Shown in pieces: positions 28,201 through 37,734 of a stretch of DNA of 64,000 nucleotides (its first letter is position 1; the number at the start of each line of letters is the position of its first letter). The translations under genes were made by a program, and so were the position numbers. Under the pieces are notes generated by a model that searched no databases, was not told the DNA's origin, and saw only the letters and a program-made list of their open reading frames with translations. Source of the DNA: Lytechinus pictus (lineage: Eukaryota); NCBI RefSeq assembly GCF_037042905.1, contig NC_087248.1, positions 6,634,001-6,698,000 on the forward strand. The letters run 5' to 3'.

Positions 28201-28356
28201 GCCAAGAACGGACTCAAGAAAGTTTCTGGGAGTGAGCAAACAGTTAGTCAAGCACGTGCCGATTGGCAAAGAAAGAAGACCTCGATCGGCAAGGACCTGA
28301 AACTTACTGTTCACGACCTTGCAAACATTGACTATACAGATGAATCCTATGTATGA
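10167..28356 (+). CDS. ARHGAP20: Rho GTPase-activating protein 20-like (PH, RA and RhoGAP domains, long disordered tail); spliced: 10167-10267, 17577-17801, 18207-18398, 20638-20725, 22307-22454, 22883-23059, 23493-23619, 24036-24258, 25060-25169, 25504-25675, 26113-28356
   Basis: All introns are GT-AG with compatible phases; the total of 3807 nt is 1268 aa plus stop. Motifs recalled from vertebrate ARHGAP20 appear in order: RRRSAP, SFVLGWPTNN, FQLWVQSGREDSLYPLIGHEYPYAIKMSHIRD, LFGLPL, GIFRKSANAR (arginine finger), MNSYNLSICVAPSMLW. Confidence 0.93.
12174..12756. mobile_element. Kolobok/T2-type MITE with long near-perfect inverted arms (in ARHGAP20 intron)
   Basis: TTAA|AGGGAT ... ATCCCT|TTAA; arms of about 180 bp. 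Same family recurs at 37306, 43493 and 49545. Confidence 0.9.
17577..17801 (+). CDS. ARHGAP20: ARHGAP20-like exon, N-terminal part of PH domain
   Basis: Polypyrimidine tract + ctacag; encodes QNRYLVLMNDTLLIAKPK; GTAAG donor. Confidence 0.9.
18207..18398 (+). CDS. ARHGAP20: ARHGAP20-like exon, C-terminal part of PH domain
   Basis: Encodes SFVLGWPTNNVVLTFASNQERELWWQKL; tctcag acceptor and GTAAG donor. Confidence 0.92.
20638..20725 (+). CDS. ARHGAP20: ARHGAP20-like exon, start of RA domain (HIEVKRKEDEGKSVQVRVLNRDQEYSAFP)
   Basis: ttgtag acceptor and CCG|GTAAG donor; phases 2/0 bridge the neighbouring exons. Absent from the ORF track. Confidence 0.85.
22307..22454 (+). CDS. ARHGAP20: ARHGAP20-like exon, RA domain
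   Basis: Encodes SKTLQIG...FQLWVQSGREDSLYPLIG; ctccag acceptor and GTAAG donor. Confidence 0.92.
22883..23059 (+). CDS. ARHGAP20: ARHGAP20-like exon, end of RA domain
   Basis: Encodes GHEYPYAIKMSHIRD...QCQFIIRRK. Donor G|GTAGG after 23059; an in-phase alternative donor after 23044 is also possible. Confidence 0.88.
23493..23619 (+). CDS. ARHGAP20: ARHGAP20-like exon, basic linker (QRRLKKGRKSPFKLSFKRSIS)
   Basis: tctag acceptor and AAG|GTAAG donor; phases 1/2 fit. Confidence 0.85.
24036..24258 (+). CDS. ARHGAP20: ARHGAP20-like exon, RhoGAP domain with catalytic Arg finger
   Basis: Encodes LFGLPLSMVC...GIFRKSANAR...VHVAASVLK. Confidence 0.94.
25060..25169 (+). CDS. ARHGAP20: ARHGAP20-like exon, RhoGAP domain (DFLRSLPDSLL...)
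   Basis: aacag acceptor and AG|GTGAGT donor; completes the canonical LKxFLRxLP motif. Confidence 0.92.
25504..25675 (+). CDS. ARHGAP20: ARHGAP20-like exon, RhoGAP domain (NNMNSYNLSICVAPSMLW)
   Basis: tgcag acceptor and CAG|GTGTGT donor; canonical RhoGAP NxMxxxNL motif. Confidence 0.92.
26113..28356 (+). CDS. ARHGAP20: ARHGAP20-like terminal exon (last GAP helix plus Ser/Arg/Pro-rich tail of about 720 aa ending DESYV)
   Basis: 2244-nt open frame after a tttttttacag acceptor; VEFIIDNVKEVFG closes the GAP domain. Confidence 0.93.
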   Translation, partial: AMATKKIPAVVEFIIDNVKEVFGDDVLTLFGEPPVQATERRRHDSSGDSDSMNEVSPFIKRDDSSLDSIEKEFFANDNEQEPIGAIHKWNYGTTPVLSPSTLSRDSGITSSDNQLYPDSDNTDTTDSGMDSKEKLSVVPNASGRPAKISAQFSDDLFWRQRRGSEPAPISKEAARHRMALLASSANNTADNSPEISDQESYNLSEDTLKLIKDLNRDCSSNLLNAMLPEDMRSNSRKSSANGSGLQINEKGLVPSNTQSVNSMPTTPTEEDPMHSISYGRRQSVPSIGSGSPTFPRRLTSSRRSASSMSSSSSERMSDAQSSSSSERLHSSKLGMKPQRTEIDMTKTLQAASSNTGRLSPHGGPNMGQHGFQPTYKKLFMNSDTRGLPSRPNALPVRPRHHPRPSQTKEATPPREFFPKDATTRSTTLSQSPRSLPTHQEQTEKRTPPMKRNSSPSIAIGQHTKQRVSKTQSDSSQSRTTPPTYQEAMNRRAFLQRSTKSLDTEVLTVASDQSPRRRSTEANVAKHRHEERPGKPKRHLTAGGIIFLDSDTDSSDDNGDYRNGYGSGKGRGVRRTSSDSVATNRKGSSTSVQRSSSDTAKPAGNEVRTKQQQRNAENTRRSSQPVPPRRRHHNGEVPRRTSAGNHPGRRQPEPTNSSKSSDPVSGRSTALHFPFPDPRAEPPSSPLASPRSKANMDAKNGLKKVSGSEQTVSQARADWQRKKTSIGKDLKLTVHDLANIDYTDESYV

Positions 28357-30760
28357 TCTATCCCTTGAAACTATATTCTGTGATCAAGTTATTTGGTCTG
28401 TCATACTGAATCACCTAATTTGTTCTTTTTTATCAGAATCAAATGTATTCAGGTTAGCAGGTAATATACTGTTGCCATTCCATGTTAATGTTGTGATGAA
28501 AGTGTTTTAGTACTTGTATAATGATGTCTCGTGTTGTATGTGGTCCATTTGTATATCATGGCTTATATCTTGTAGATTCAGCAAAGCCATAATGTTTTAT
28601 TAATTTTGAGTAAATTTTTATTACCCTAGAAAAAACTGTAGAATTCTTCACCATTAACCCTGTGTTGGCTAGGTACCGACACTCTAGTTCATCTTCTAGT
28701 CTCGGTCAAAATTCTGTCTTTCTGTCTTGCTATTGTAACATATGGATGAACTGTAGCATGGATGGTAAGATGAAACCGAGGATGGCACGGTAACATAAAC
28801 TATCTCACTTAACTTTTGAATGTGTGCTAAGCTTGGCTGATAAGGAACTCTTTATTACTATGTAATATCTGAGAATGTTCAATGTCAGAGTAGCGATAAG
28901 TCTTATCTTTCAAAAAAAGTAATAATTGATATCTCTCTGACTCAGCAGACAAGAAATGGAGGTTAATCTAATGTAGAACGAAATGTTGCCTTTCCCTATC
29001 ACCTTGTTGTTACTACAGAGATTACAAATTCTTAAAATTGTTAGATGTCATTAATTACATAGAAGTATAGCTTTTCTTTGATATGTTTTGTGAAATCAGT
29101 CCCAGAATAGTTTTCATGTGTTTCCAGTATTTCTAAAGGACTTTACATTCTGTTATAATATTAATGCAGTATTTCATATGATCTACAAAAAGGGGTTAAA
29201 AACAGAACACTCCACACACAAGAATATTATTTTAATGAAAGCTTTATGACTTTTTACGAGTCTGGCGTCGTTGATATCCATTACTTCATTAGAGGTTTGA
29301 CATGGAATTACTTTCAACTTTTTTAATAAACAGTGTATTTGTATAATGTTTCTCGTAGTTAAGTGTGTAGATGTTTTAATGTCATGGTGACATGTTAAGT
29401 TCTTAAGGAAGTTTACTTTAGGTGTGTAAAAAAATGATAACCAACTACCTCATTCATTTTTAAAAAGCTTTTAGCTTTTCATGTCAGTGAAAGATGCATA
29501 ATAACTAAATTTCTATAGGATATTTTTTTTCTATTTTTTTTTTTTCATTTTGATTTTGGAAATGTTTGATATGTGATGATATATTTATACATAAGTAAAC
29601 CTCTACTTTGTTATGATATCATGCCGTAATTCATCATTTTCAAACAAGAGATTCCAATATAAATTACATCCTAAACATTTGTTTAAAACATGAGAAAGGT
29701 GATTTTGGTATATGTTTTAAGGGAAAAATCAAAACAGAGTGATTGTTTCCTTTAGAATGGTGAATCATTGGACCATTATATACAACTCTTCCATTTATGA
29801 AAAGCAATATACATGTATGATATTTACATAACTAAACTATCCGGATACTTTATTCAAAGGTTTGGATTGTTTTTAGATTGAGATTGGAATGTACGATCCT
29901 TCAATTACTTCGACCAACTTGTATTGACATGCTCCTTTTATATAAACTGATTAATTACTTCTCAATAGGCCCTGTTGTACATACAGCAAGAGGCTTCACT
30001 GGTTGAATATAAAACCACTTTTGTGTATATGCATTTCAAGTGAAGAGAGTAATCAAAATACATGTTGCTTTTCAGAACAATATCTTGTGATTCTTTTCCT
30101 GCCTTTCAGCTACTTTGATTGAAATTTACTTGGGGAAAATTAAGTACACTGAATTGAATTTTCTTTGTCACTTTAGATCTTTGAATGAGTGAAGATAAGA
30201 ATGTGATTTTTGTCATTTTTATGTTTACTGATGTAGGTGAAATATTTTCATCTATTTTATTTGTTACCAATATCTCACATATACACAGTTACTGGTACAA
30301 ATTATAACCACAAATACTTATGCAATATTTTTCACTCTCTGCTACTCTATTGGCATGTATCACAAACAATTTTTGACAATTTTGTTGTAATGAATATTAT
30401 GCTTTTGTCTTATTTTCAAGACAATAATCTTTTTTTTTTCATATCAAACATGACCAAGCCAACTTTGTATACTCACTGATCATATGTCATGTAACAGACA
30501 ACACCATTCATGATATGTACAGTTTTCTCTATTGTACATATCAATGTTAAAGTGTACAGCTTTCATCCTTTCTTATTTGTTTAAAGAATTGATGTAGAGG
30601 GCGCCCTTTTGTATTATTTCTATAGCCTTGTACATGGATGCCACATGGTGGTACCACATTTTTTGTAAGTATCTGTACAGAATTAATGCCACAAGTTATG
30701 CCAGTATTTTATTCACATATTTATGCAAATAGTAATTAAAAAAACCTGGAAAATTAATTT
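28357..30760 (+). other. Probable long AU-rich 3' UTR of the ARHGAP20-like gene; ATTAAA poly(A) signal at 30735-30740
   Basis: Transposon-free, T-rich stretch; TGTA cluster at 30460-30685, then ATTAAA and a downstream U-rich tract. Confidence 0.5.
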
Positions 30761-30834
30761 TTTTTTTCTCATTGTTTTTTTTTTCTAATTAAGAATGACT
30801 CGAAAGTAAAGTAGGAGATGATATTCAGGGAGAA

Positions 30835-31115
30835 AGGTGGATAAAAATATGATGCTGATGGTGATTGTGGTGGTGGTGATGGTGATGATGATGATTATGA
30901 TGATGATCGTGATGATAATGCTGCTGCTGACGGCGATGGTGATGATAGTGATGGCGATGATATAATGGTGATGGTGATGATGATGATAAACCTGATGATA
31001 ATGGTGGTGGTGGTGCTGGTATTATTTTGATGATGGTGATAAAGGGGACCATCATGATAATGATATGGTGATGTTGGTAATGATCATGGTTTTGATGATG
31101 TGATGATGATCAGAT
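30835..31115. repeat. Degenerate (GAT/GGT)n trinucleotide low-complexity tract
   Basis: Directly visible; explains the spurious His-rich ORF 30825-31055. Confidence 0.85.
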
Positions 31116-31849
31116 CACGGGCAGCGCCAAAGGGGGAGGAGGCAGACTGGGCTTTTTTTTCAAGTGAGAAAAAAAGAGAATAAAATGAAAAGGAAGGAAA
31201 AGTGTAGAAAGGAGAGGGTTGGGTGGTGAAACTCTTTGATACCAAAATATTCAATTTAAATATAATATTACCTCACATTTACATCGTCTTTCCCCCGTCC
31301 ACCCCCCCCCCCCCCGCCCATCAAAATATCCTGGTGCAGTCTCTGACGATAATGATAATGTTGTTAATAATCATGAAAATCGTTGCCATAGTGATAATTA
31401 TTACAATGTTAATATGGGGTAGTTCTTAAACTTGACGTTGATGGTAATGATGGTGTGGATCATGCTAGTGATAATGGTGGTGGTGATTATACATATTGGG
31501 ATTGAGCTTATCATTTTCTAACTCGATATTTACCGTCTCGTTTAATTGCCATCAGTCGCGTCAGTTCTTCGATATAGGCATTACTATACACCTAAATACT
31601 TCTGTGTTAATTTCAAAATCAGATCTCCGTAACAATAAGATCAGTACCTCACGAGTAAATGATTTAGAAACACCGCCATAACCGCCATTTTTTTTTTTAA
31701 ACAGACGATTACGTTATTTCTTACCAACCGACACTTCTTCGGTTTTCAAGCAATAGTTACGCCCATGTCACCCGCCCTTCCTTGAAGAAATTCTTATCCG
31801 CTACTGTCAAAATGTATTGAATGGAGTCCACAGCCTGACGGTTTATATT

Positions 31850-32522
31850 TACTTGGTCTTCAAGAGTTGGTCTACTCCTCATATACTATAATACAACATG
31901 GGCTAAATCCATTTGGTCCACTATAATTTTGGTGTAATGTTTGTTCGGTCTACACTATGCTTGGTCTAATACCAACATATAATATGTCTGTTTGTTTGTT
32001 TGTTTGGATATATTTCCATATATGAAAATACACAAATATACAATCTAACAATGTAATATGGCGCATTTACATAATGATACTGTTCTTCCATTGGGTCCTT
32101 TTTCTTACATAAAGCATATAGTACATGCATATAAAACATAATACATCATTACAATAAATGTAAACAATACAAATCGAATACATTGCAACTCTTAATTGAC
32201 ACAACAAATGGAAATACAAAGACAGTTACCCGCACCCCACCCACGCCTGATTGTCACTTAGTCTAATTGAAGTCCAAATGGTCCCACTACTAATTATCTT
32301 GCTCTTTATCACATTAAAAAATGATTCCTAAACAGTTCATAATATAATCAAAGAGACTAGGCAATATTAGACCAAGTGGATATTCGACGAAATAGGTGTA
32401 GCCTAATTGGAATTAGACAACATATGTACTAAATTGCAATTAGACTAAATGGTTTATGGGACTAGACCATATGAGACCAAACGGAAAGTAGGCAAAGTGG
32501 GAGTAGACCAAGTGGCAATTAC
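31850..32522. mobile_element. Degraded MITE with subterminal TTGGTCTA/TAGACCAA repeats, interrupted by an AT-rich insert
   Basis: Multiple ggtcta motifs at 31850-31970 are mirrored by tagacc motifs at 32350-32520. Confidence 0.55.
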
Positions 32523-33294
32523 AAAATTGCAAAAGGACCGACTATTTGTATAGTGGCTTATGAATAAATACATATCTCACCAATCAAATAAGTGCAGTTT
32601 ATCATTTTTCTGACAGGCGTCAGTACAACCAAGGAGTCCTGTGCTTGTGTAATCATCACTTTTCCCCAACGTACAACATCTCAGACTCCTTTAATTGCTC
32701 CGACCATGGACCTATTACGAATAATAATAGGTCCATGCTCCGACACATATATTGGTTTACCTCCTCCAAACCTAGCCTACACCATGGACCTACTATGCCT
32801 ACACCGTCCCCTTCTCTCTCATTTTTCTCCCTCCCTTTCTCCCTTTGTCTTCCTCCTCCTCTTTGCCCCTTCATTCATTATTTTTTCCTCTTTTCTCGTT
32901 CCTTCTTTCCCCTTTTACTTTTCTTCTTTTCTCTTCCCTCTATTTTTTCCCCTCGCCCTTTTTTTTCATTTTCCCGACGGTAGTGAAGATTTACCGACGT
33001 TATCCACAGTAGTACTAGTAGGGGGAGGGTGCACACCCCCACTCCACCTCCCCCCCCCCCCCCCTTAGCGACGGCCCTGCTTCCAAATAATATAATCAGC
33101 ACAATTTTTAAAGGGTGTAATACAAAATGAAAGTAATAATCTTAATTTTTTTAAAATATATAAATCTTGGGAGCATGATTCAAGATAAATTTGTGTTTAC
33201 TTTTTAAAATCCTAAAATAATAAAAGTTAATTTATCATTTTTACTTTTTCTCGCGATTATCATTATCACTAAGCAGATTTAAATAGTTTACCTG

Positions 33295-33467
33295 GTGGAT
33301 GTTTTATAAAGCTGTTCGTAAGTTAAGAGCGACTTTAAGAACGACTGGTGATCCTTTCTTGTGGTAAATGGTATGTACATCGGCGATGGTTTAGCGCGTA
33401 AGAACGGTTCACCAGTCGTTCTTAAAGTCGCTCTTAACCTACGAACAGCTTTATGAAACGGCCCCCC
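33295..33467. mobile_element. Short palindromic MITE (Harbinger-like)
   Basis: Near-perfect arms of about 55 bp (ataaagctgttcgtaagttaagagcgactttaagaacgactggtga and its reverse complement). Confidence 0.85.
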
Positions 33468-34386
33468 GATGGTTGAATCGCACAAGAAAAGACAATGACT
33501 AATACGATGACAATAGTTTTTATTTTGCAGCTCAGCAGCTCATTTAAATAGTCGTCTATTCGAATAGAACTCAATACAATTTATATGACCAAATCCAAAA
33601 TTTAAACCTTTTCATAGTTACTGCCGATATAGGGATACTTTATAGCTGTGGTATTTTTATTCATTAAATGTCCACCAAGGTGTGAACGCACTTAGATTTT
33701 TATAAAATTTCAAGATTTTTTTATTAAATCGCATAAAGTTAGTACGATGCCATGGATATCAATATTACAGTGCTCTATAAAAAAAAAAAACCTTAGCGAT
33801 AAGATATAAGAAGGCACAGTATTTATTGATTTCCTTTTGGTAGTGATTCGAAGCATGTAGTTGCCAAAACGACCATATTTATTTTCCAATTCAAGAGAGT
33901 GTTTTCAACCCCTTTCGCAAGACCATTGATGATTAACGATAGAAAACAAAAACCATGTTTGTATTGCTCATATATTATCATTGCAAAAATTGCTACTTTT
34001 ATGGAGTTGAAAATGATTAGCAAGGCATGTATAAATGGAAAAAGAAAGGACAATTCTTTCACAATTTTTGTTCTAGCTGAATGTTAAACAAAAAGGTGAG
34101 ACACTGAAAGGACAAGTCCACCCCAACAAAAAGCTGACTTTATTAAAAGGAGAAAAATCCGACAAGTACTCTGAAAATTTCATCAAATTCGGATGCAAAA
34201 TAAGAAAGTTATAATAATTTAAAGTTTCAATTTTTTTAACAAAACAGTTACATGCACCTGGTCGGCATTTCTTTCGTATTAACATTATTGTTTTTATCAT
34301 TGTTATTATTATTATTATAATCATTATTATTGTTGTTGCTGACGTCAGTGTCTGCTAAAAATAAACGAATTCTGAAGGTAAAATGT

Positions 34387-34568
34387 CTAGTTACATTTAT
34401 ATTTGCAAACTACAGCGTATCGTGGTTTACCTCCGATTGGCGCCAGCTTAACCACGTGATCATTGCGACAGTAGCCAATAAGAGCGCGACCCTCTCGATC
34501 TGTAGCTGGTGCGAAGGTGTTGGACATGCGACGATCCTTCGGTTTTTGAGGGTCCGGGCGAGGCTCGG
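34387..34568 (-). CDS. Linker + truncated PAN/apple-like exon
   Basis: ttccttgcag acceptor in phase 1; 59 codons; GYC-x-NDHVVK resembles the start of apple domains (recalled); early TAG. Confidence 0.55.
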
Positions 34569-37000
34569 CTGCAAGGAATTTGAAGAAAAGTTATTGTATT
34601 TGTATTAAGGTCTGATATCAGATAAAATATGATTTACAGCAACATACTAAAGTTGGATATAAACCTAAACAGAAAGCATAACAAGCATAACATATTTTAA
34701 TGATTGAAATAAAAGAAAATAAAGCGTTTGAAGAACATGAATTAAACATTAATCATGGGATATGCATGTTAACAAACACCCTCTTGGTCAGGCCGTTCCT
34801 TCGCTCCCTGATTCTTGACCATTCACATTAAAAAAAAAAAAACCTTCCTGCGTTTGGCCATAGCATTATTTTCGTTCAATTTACTAACATAATCATTCAT
34901 CTGAATGGATTCAATATCCATTCTTTTATGACATTCACTTCCCTTTTATTCTTCACAACTCGTTTGCTAATGAGTTGTGCAAGTTTCTTCAATTATTCCA
35001 ATAATAATTCATGAAAGGCAAAATCACCTTCGCAAAGTGTCACAAAATTCACTGAGGTAATTGAGCATTCAATGTGCATCATACCGAAGAATTGGTACGA
35101 TGCACAGATTCTTTCGTAATCTGTAATGTAAAGTCGGTAAGAAGCCATGTTCACGAATAAATCAAGTCGATACCACCAGCCTGCGAAGAAAAAGAAAAGT
35201 GAATGATGAGGGGACATATCTAAAGCCAGGGTTACACCAAAATCGAATTTTTCTCGACTAAATTCGGACTGATTCTGCCCGAATGTGGCCTAATTTGGAT
35301 GGATTCGGAACCTATTGGTTTCTGATTCGGGAGTATTCTCCCGGGGGGGGGGGGGGCACTCGACCAAAAAAATGGTAGGTGTGTGCCGCGGGCGAGACAA
35401 AAACCGGGGGCCTTGGAGCGGACCTATTGTAAAAAGGAGGGTCCTCGGAACGGGCTTCGGAACTACAAATGCTTGTGAAAACGGGGGTCCTTGGAACGGC
35501 CGGAACGCTTGCGTGTGCATCCCTATGGAACGGGCATACGTGTATGCAGCTAGCCCAGAGGCCCGGGCGCGGGGTGCGCTCGCGCAGAGGCGATGGTCGG
35601 ACAGCGCTCAGCGGCCGCTTTTCACCAAAATTGCAGCTCATTGTGGCGGATCAATGCGACCGGAACGGCGTAACGAAAAATATGCGAAGCTTTGGAGCGG
35701 ATTTCTTTCTTCTTTTCTCTCGATAAGAAAAAATGCTATGCTTCGGAGCGGCTTTTTTAGTTTCTTTTCTTATTAAGATGAAAATGCTATGCCCTGGAAC
35801 GGAAATTTGAGTGTAAAAATGGGGGTCCCCTCCGCTGCACATACCCACTATGCATTATATACTGAGTGCCCCCCCCCCCCCGGAGTATTCTCTTCTCCCT
35901 CCGCGAATGCGAGAAAATTTGGGAGGGATACGAGCATAATTCCTTATGCTAAGTTCACACCAACGGCGCTTTGATGGCGCTTTATAAAGCGGCGTGCAAA
36001 GCGGCGGCAAAGCGTAACAAAGCTTAATTACGATTGTGATTTTCTGCATGGTCAGCCCCCCCCCCACTTTTGGCTCAGCCCCCCCCCCCCCCCACTTTGA
36101 AAACCGTTCCGCGGCCCCTGTTTATTATTTTCGTTATTTTTGAATGACCAACTGATAATCCCAACATCATTACCTTTCCACTGATATATAATAAGACCAC
36201 ATTCATAATCAATATATTTCTTCTTTAATGATTTGATGAATTTCTATACACAGGCAGCCTCTCCAACTGTCATCCAGGTCTTATTTTCTCTATCATGTAA
36301 AATTTTGATTGATCTTGTCTCTGATTTTATTTGTATTCTCTATGTTTTTTGAAATGCCAAATAAAATAATAATAATAATATCTTCTTTTTTCAGAGAAAT
36401 GAGATGATGCGCTTTTATTTCGTACAATTTCTTGCTCTCTTTTGTTTTCTTCATTTTGAATGGAAGTGAAATACGAAAAATGAATCTATTTGAATCCCTA
36501 CACAAAAGTCAATGAAGCAACAAACGTTATAGATATCAGTTCGTCTAAAATGGTCTGAGAAATGCGTACACCGTCGGAAATGCTCGGAATTTGATATTAA
36601 ACAAAAGCCCAAAAGCATATCACCTAATCTCTCGGAAAAATGTGAAATAATCACATAATAATAATGTGAAATAATCATGGTCATTGTATCAAATATATAT
36701 ATATTTATATATAATACTTACTACTGTTGAAATGAAGCTTAGTGCCATCTACGCAAATGAAGATATCCTCATCTCTATCGTATTCACATCCAACCCACAT
36801 ATACACTGCTTGATCATAATAATGTCGTTTTACGTATTGGGAAGAGGCAATTGCGATCTCGTCATCGTCATTAGGAACGAAGAGGCTACCTCCCATTGAC
36901 TCACATGTAGAAACAGCGTCAAGATATCCACGTTGGAAAGCCGGTAGACGTTTGTAGCATCTACTCCCTATACCATCCCACCCATCAGGACAGGAACTAT
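34387..37000 (-). CDS. C-type lectin domain + PAN/apple-like domain protein, 5'-incomplete and possibly a pseudogene; exons 37000-36722, 35180-35028, 34568-34387
   Basis: Exon A encodes SCPDGWDGIGSRCYK...AVSTCESMGGSLFVPND...MWVGC. Exon B encodes WWY...CASY...IECS...TLCE. Exon C encodes DREGRALIGYCRNDHVVK...YAVVC. All junctions are GT-AG phase 1. Confidence 0.72.
35028..35180 (-). CDS. C-type lectin domain exon, C-terminal half
   Basis: Strong polypyrimidine + GCAG acceptor; C...C...LCE pattern; GAAG|GTGATT donor. Read-through would stop at 34993. Confidence 0.7.
35341..35883. mobile_element. GC-rich non-autonomous transposon with 9-bp TSD (MULE-like) in a lectin-gene intron
   Basis: TIRs cc(g)n-cactc / gagtg-(c)n-gg; perfect TSD agtattctc at 35332-35340 and 35884-35892. 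Confidence 0.85.
36722..37000 (-). CDS. C-type lectin domain exon, N-terminal half
   Basis: CPxGW-x5-RCY, CxxxGGxL and WVG hallmark motifs; aag acceptor and GTAAGT donor; 279 nt open. Confidence 0.85.
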
Positions 37001-37305
37001 CTTTGATTTAAAAACAAAATAGAAATTTCAAAATAAATAAATAAAGACTTACTCGTAATGGATTAAAATATTCAGAGCTCCTTACTTATATTGTTTAGGT
37101 TTTTTTTCTTCTTTAATCCAGAAAAGTGACCCATTTGATAAAATCCATGAACATGTTTCAAACGTGATAGAGCGATCAGTCTTCAATGAGAAGATCAGAG
37201 AAAACTAAAATCAGTTAATTATTTCACATCGAGATTCAGCCTTTATATTCAATGCTTTTAACAGTTTTGCATTTAAACTACACTGTTGCAAGCTTGCAGC
37301 ATTAA

Positions 37306-37730
37306 AGGGGCACTTCAGGCTGAAAATAAATATATCTAAATAAATATAGTTTTTATCAAAACGTTGAAAACTTCATCAATATCTGACTACCATTGTGAAA
37401 ACAGTATATTTTGGACGCAGTCATGAATATTCACTATGTTGGCTGATGATGCCATGCCCAATTTTATATTTTCTAGTCATGAAATCATAGTTATTTGATA
37501 TTTTTTAAATGTGAGTATGATATGCCCGCCTTGTTACAAAATATGTTGCAACAATTATCTTTCACATCGAATAAGTTGTCATTCCATTTTTTTTCTTTAT
37601 TGGTGGACAACAGTTGAATAAATGTGATTTCATAATACAAAAGGGGATATGATATAATTAGCTTGCTCTTTGCATTTTCATTAATACATGCAAACTAATG
37701 TTTCACCGAAATAATGCAAAACTTTAAGAT
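37306..37730. mobile_element. Degraded copy of the Kolobok/T2-type MITE family
   Basis: TTAA|aggggcacttcaggctgaaaata start; shares the internal core (tgttgca...gttgtcattcca...aatacaaaag) with the 12174 copy; right end truncated. Confidence 0.7.
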
Positions 37731-37734
37731 GTGG

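Noticed and set aside
26094-28217. Several antisense and alternate-frame ORFs over the large RhoGAP exon
   Set aside because: Expected shadows of a GC-richer coding exon; no motifs or splice support.
30825-31055. His-rich ORF
   Set aside because: Translation of a (GAT/GGT)n low-complexity tract.
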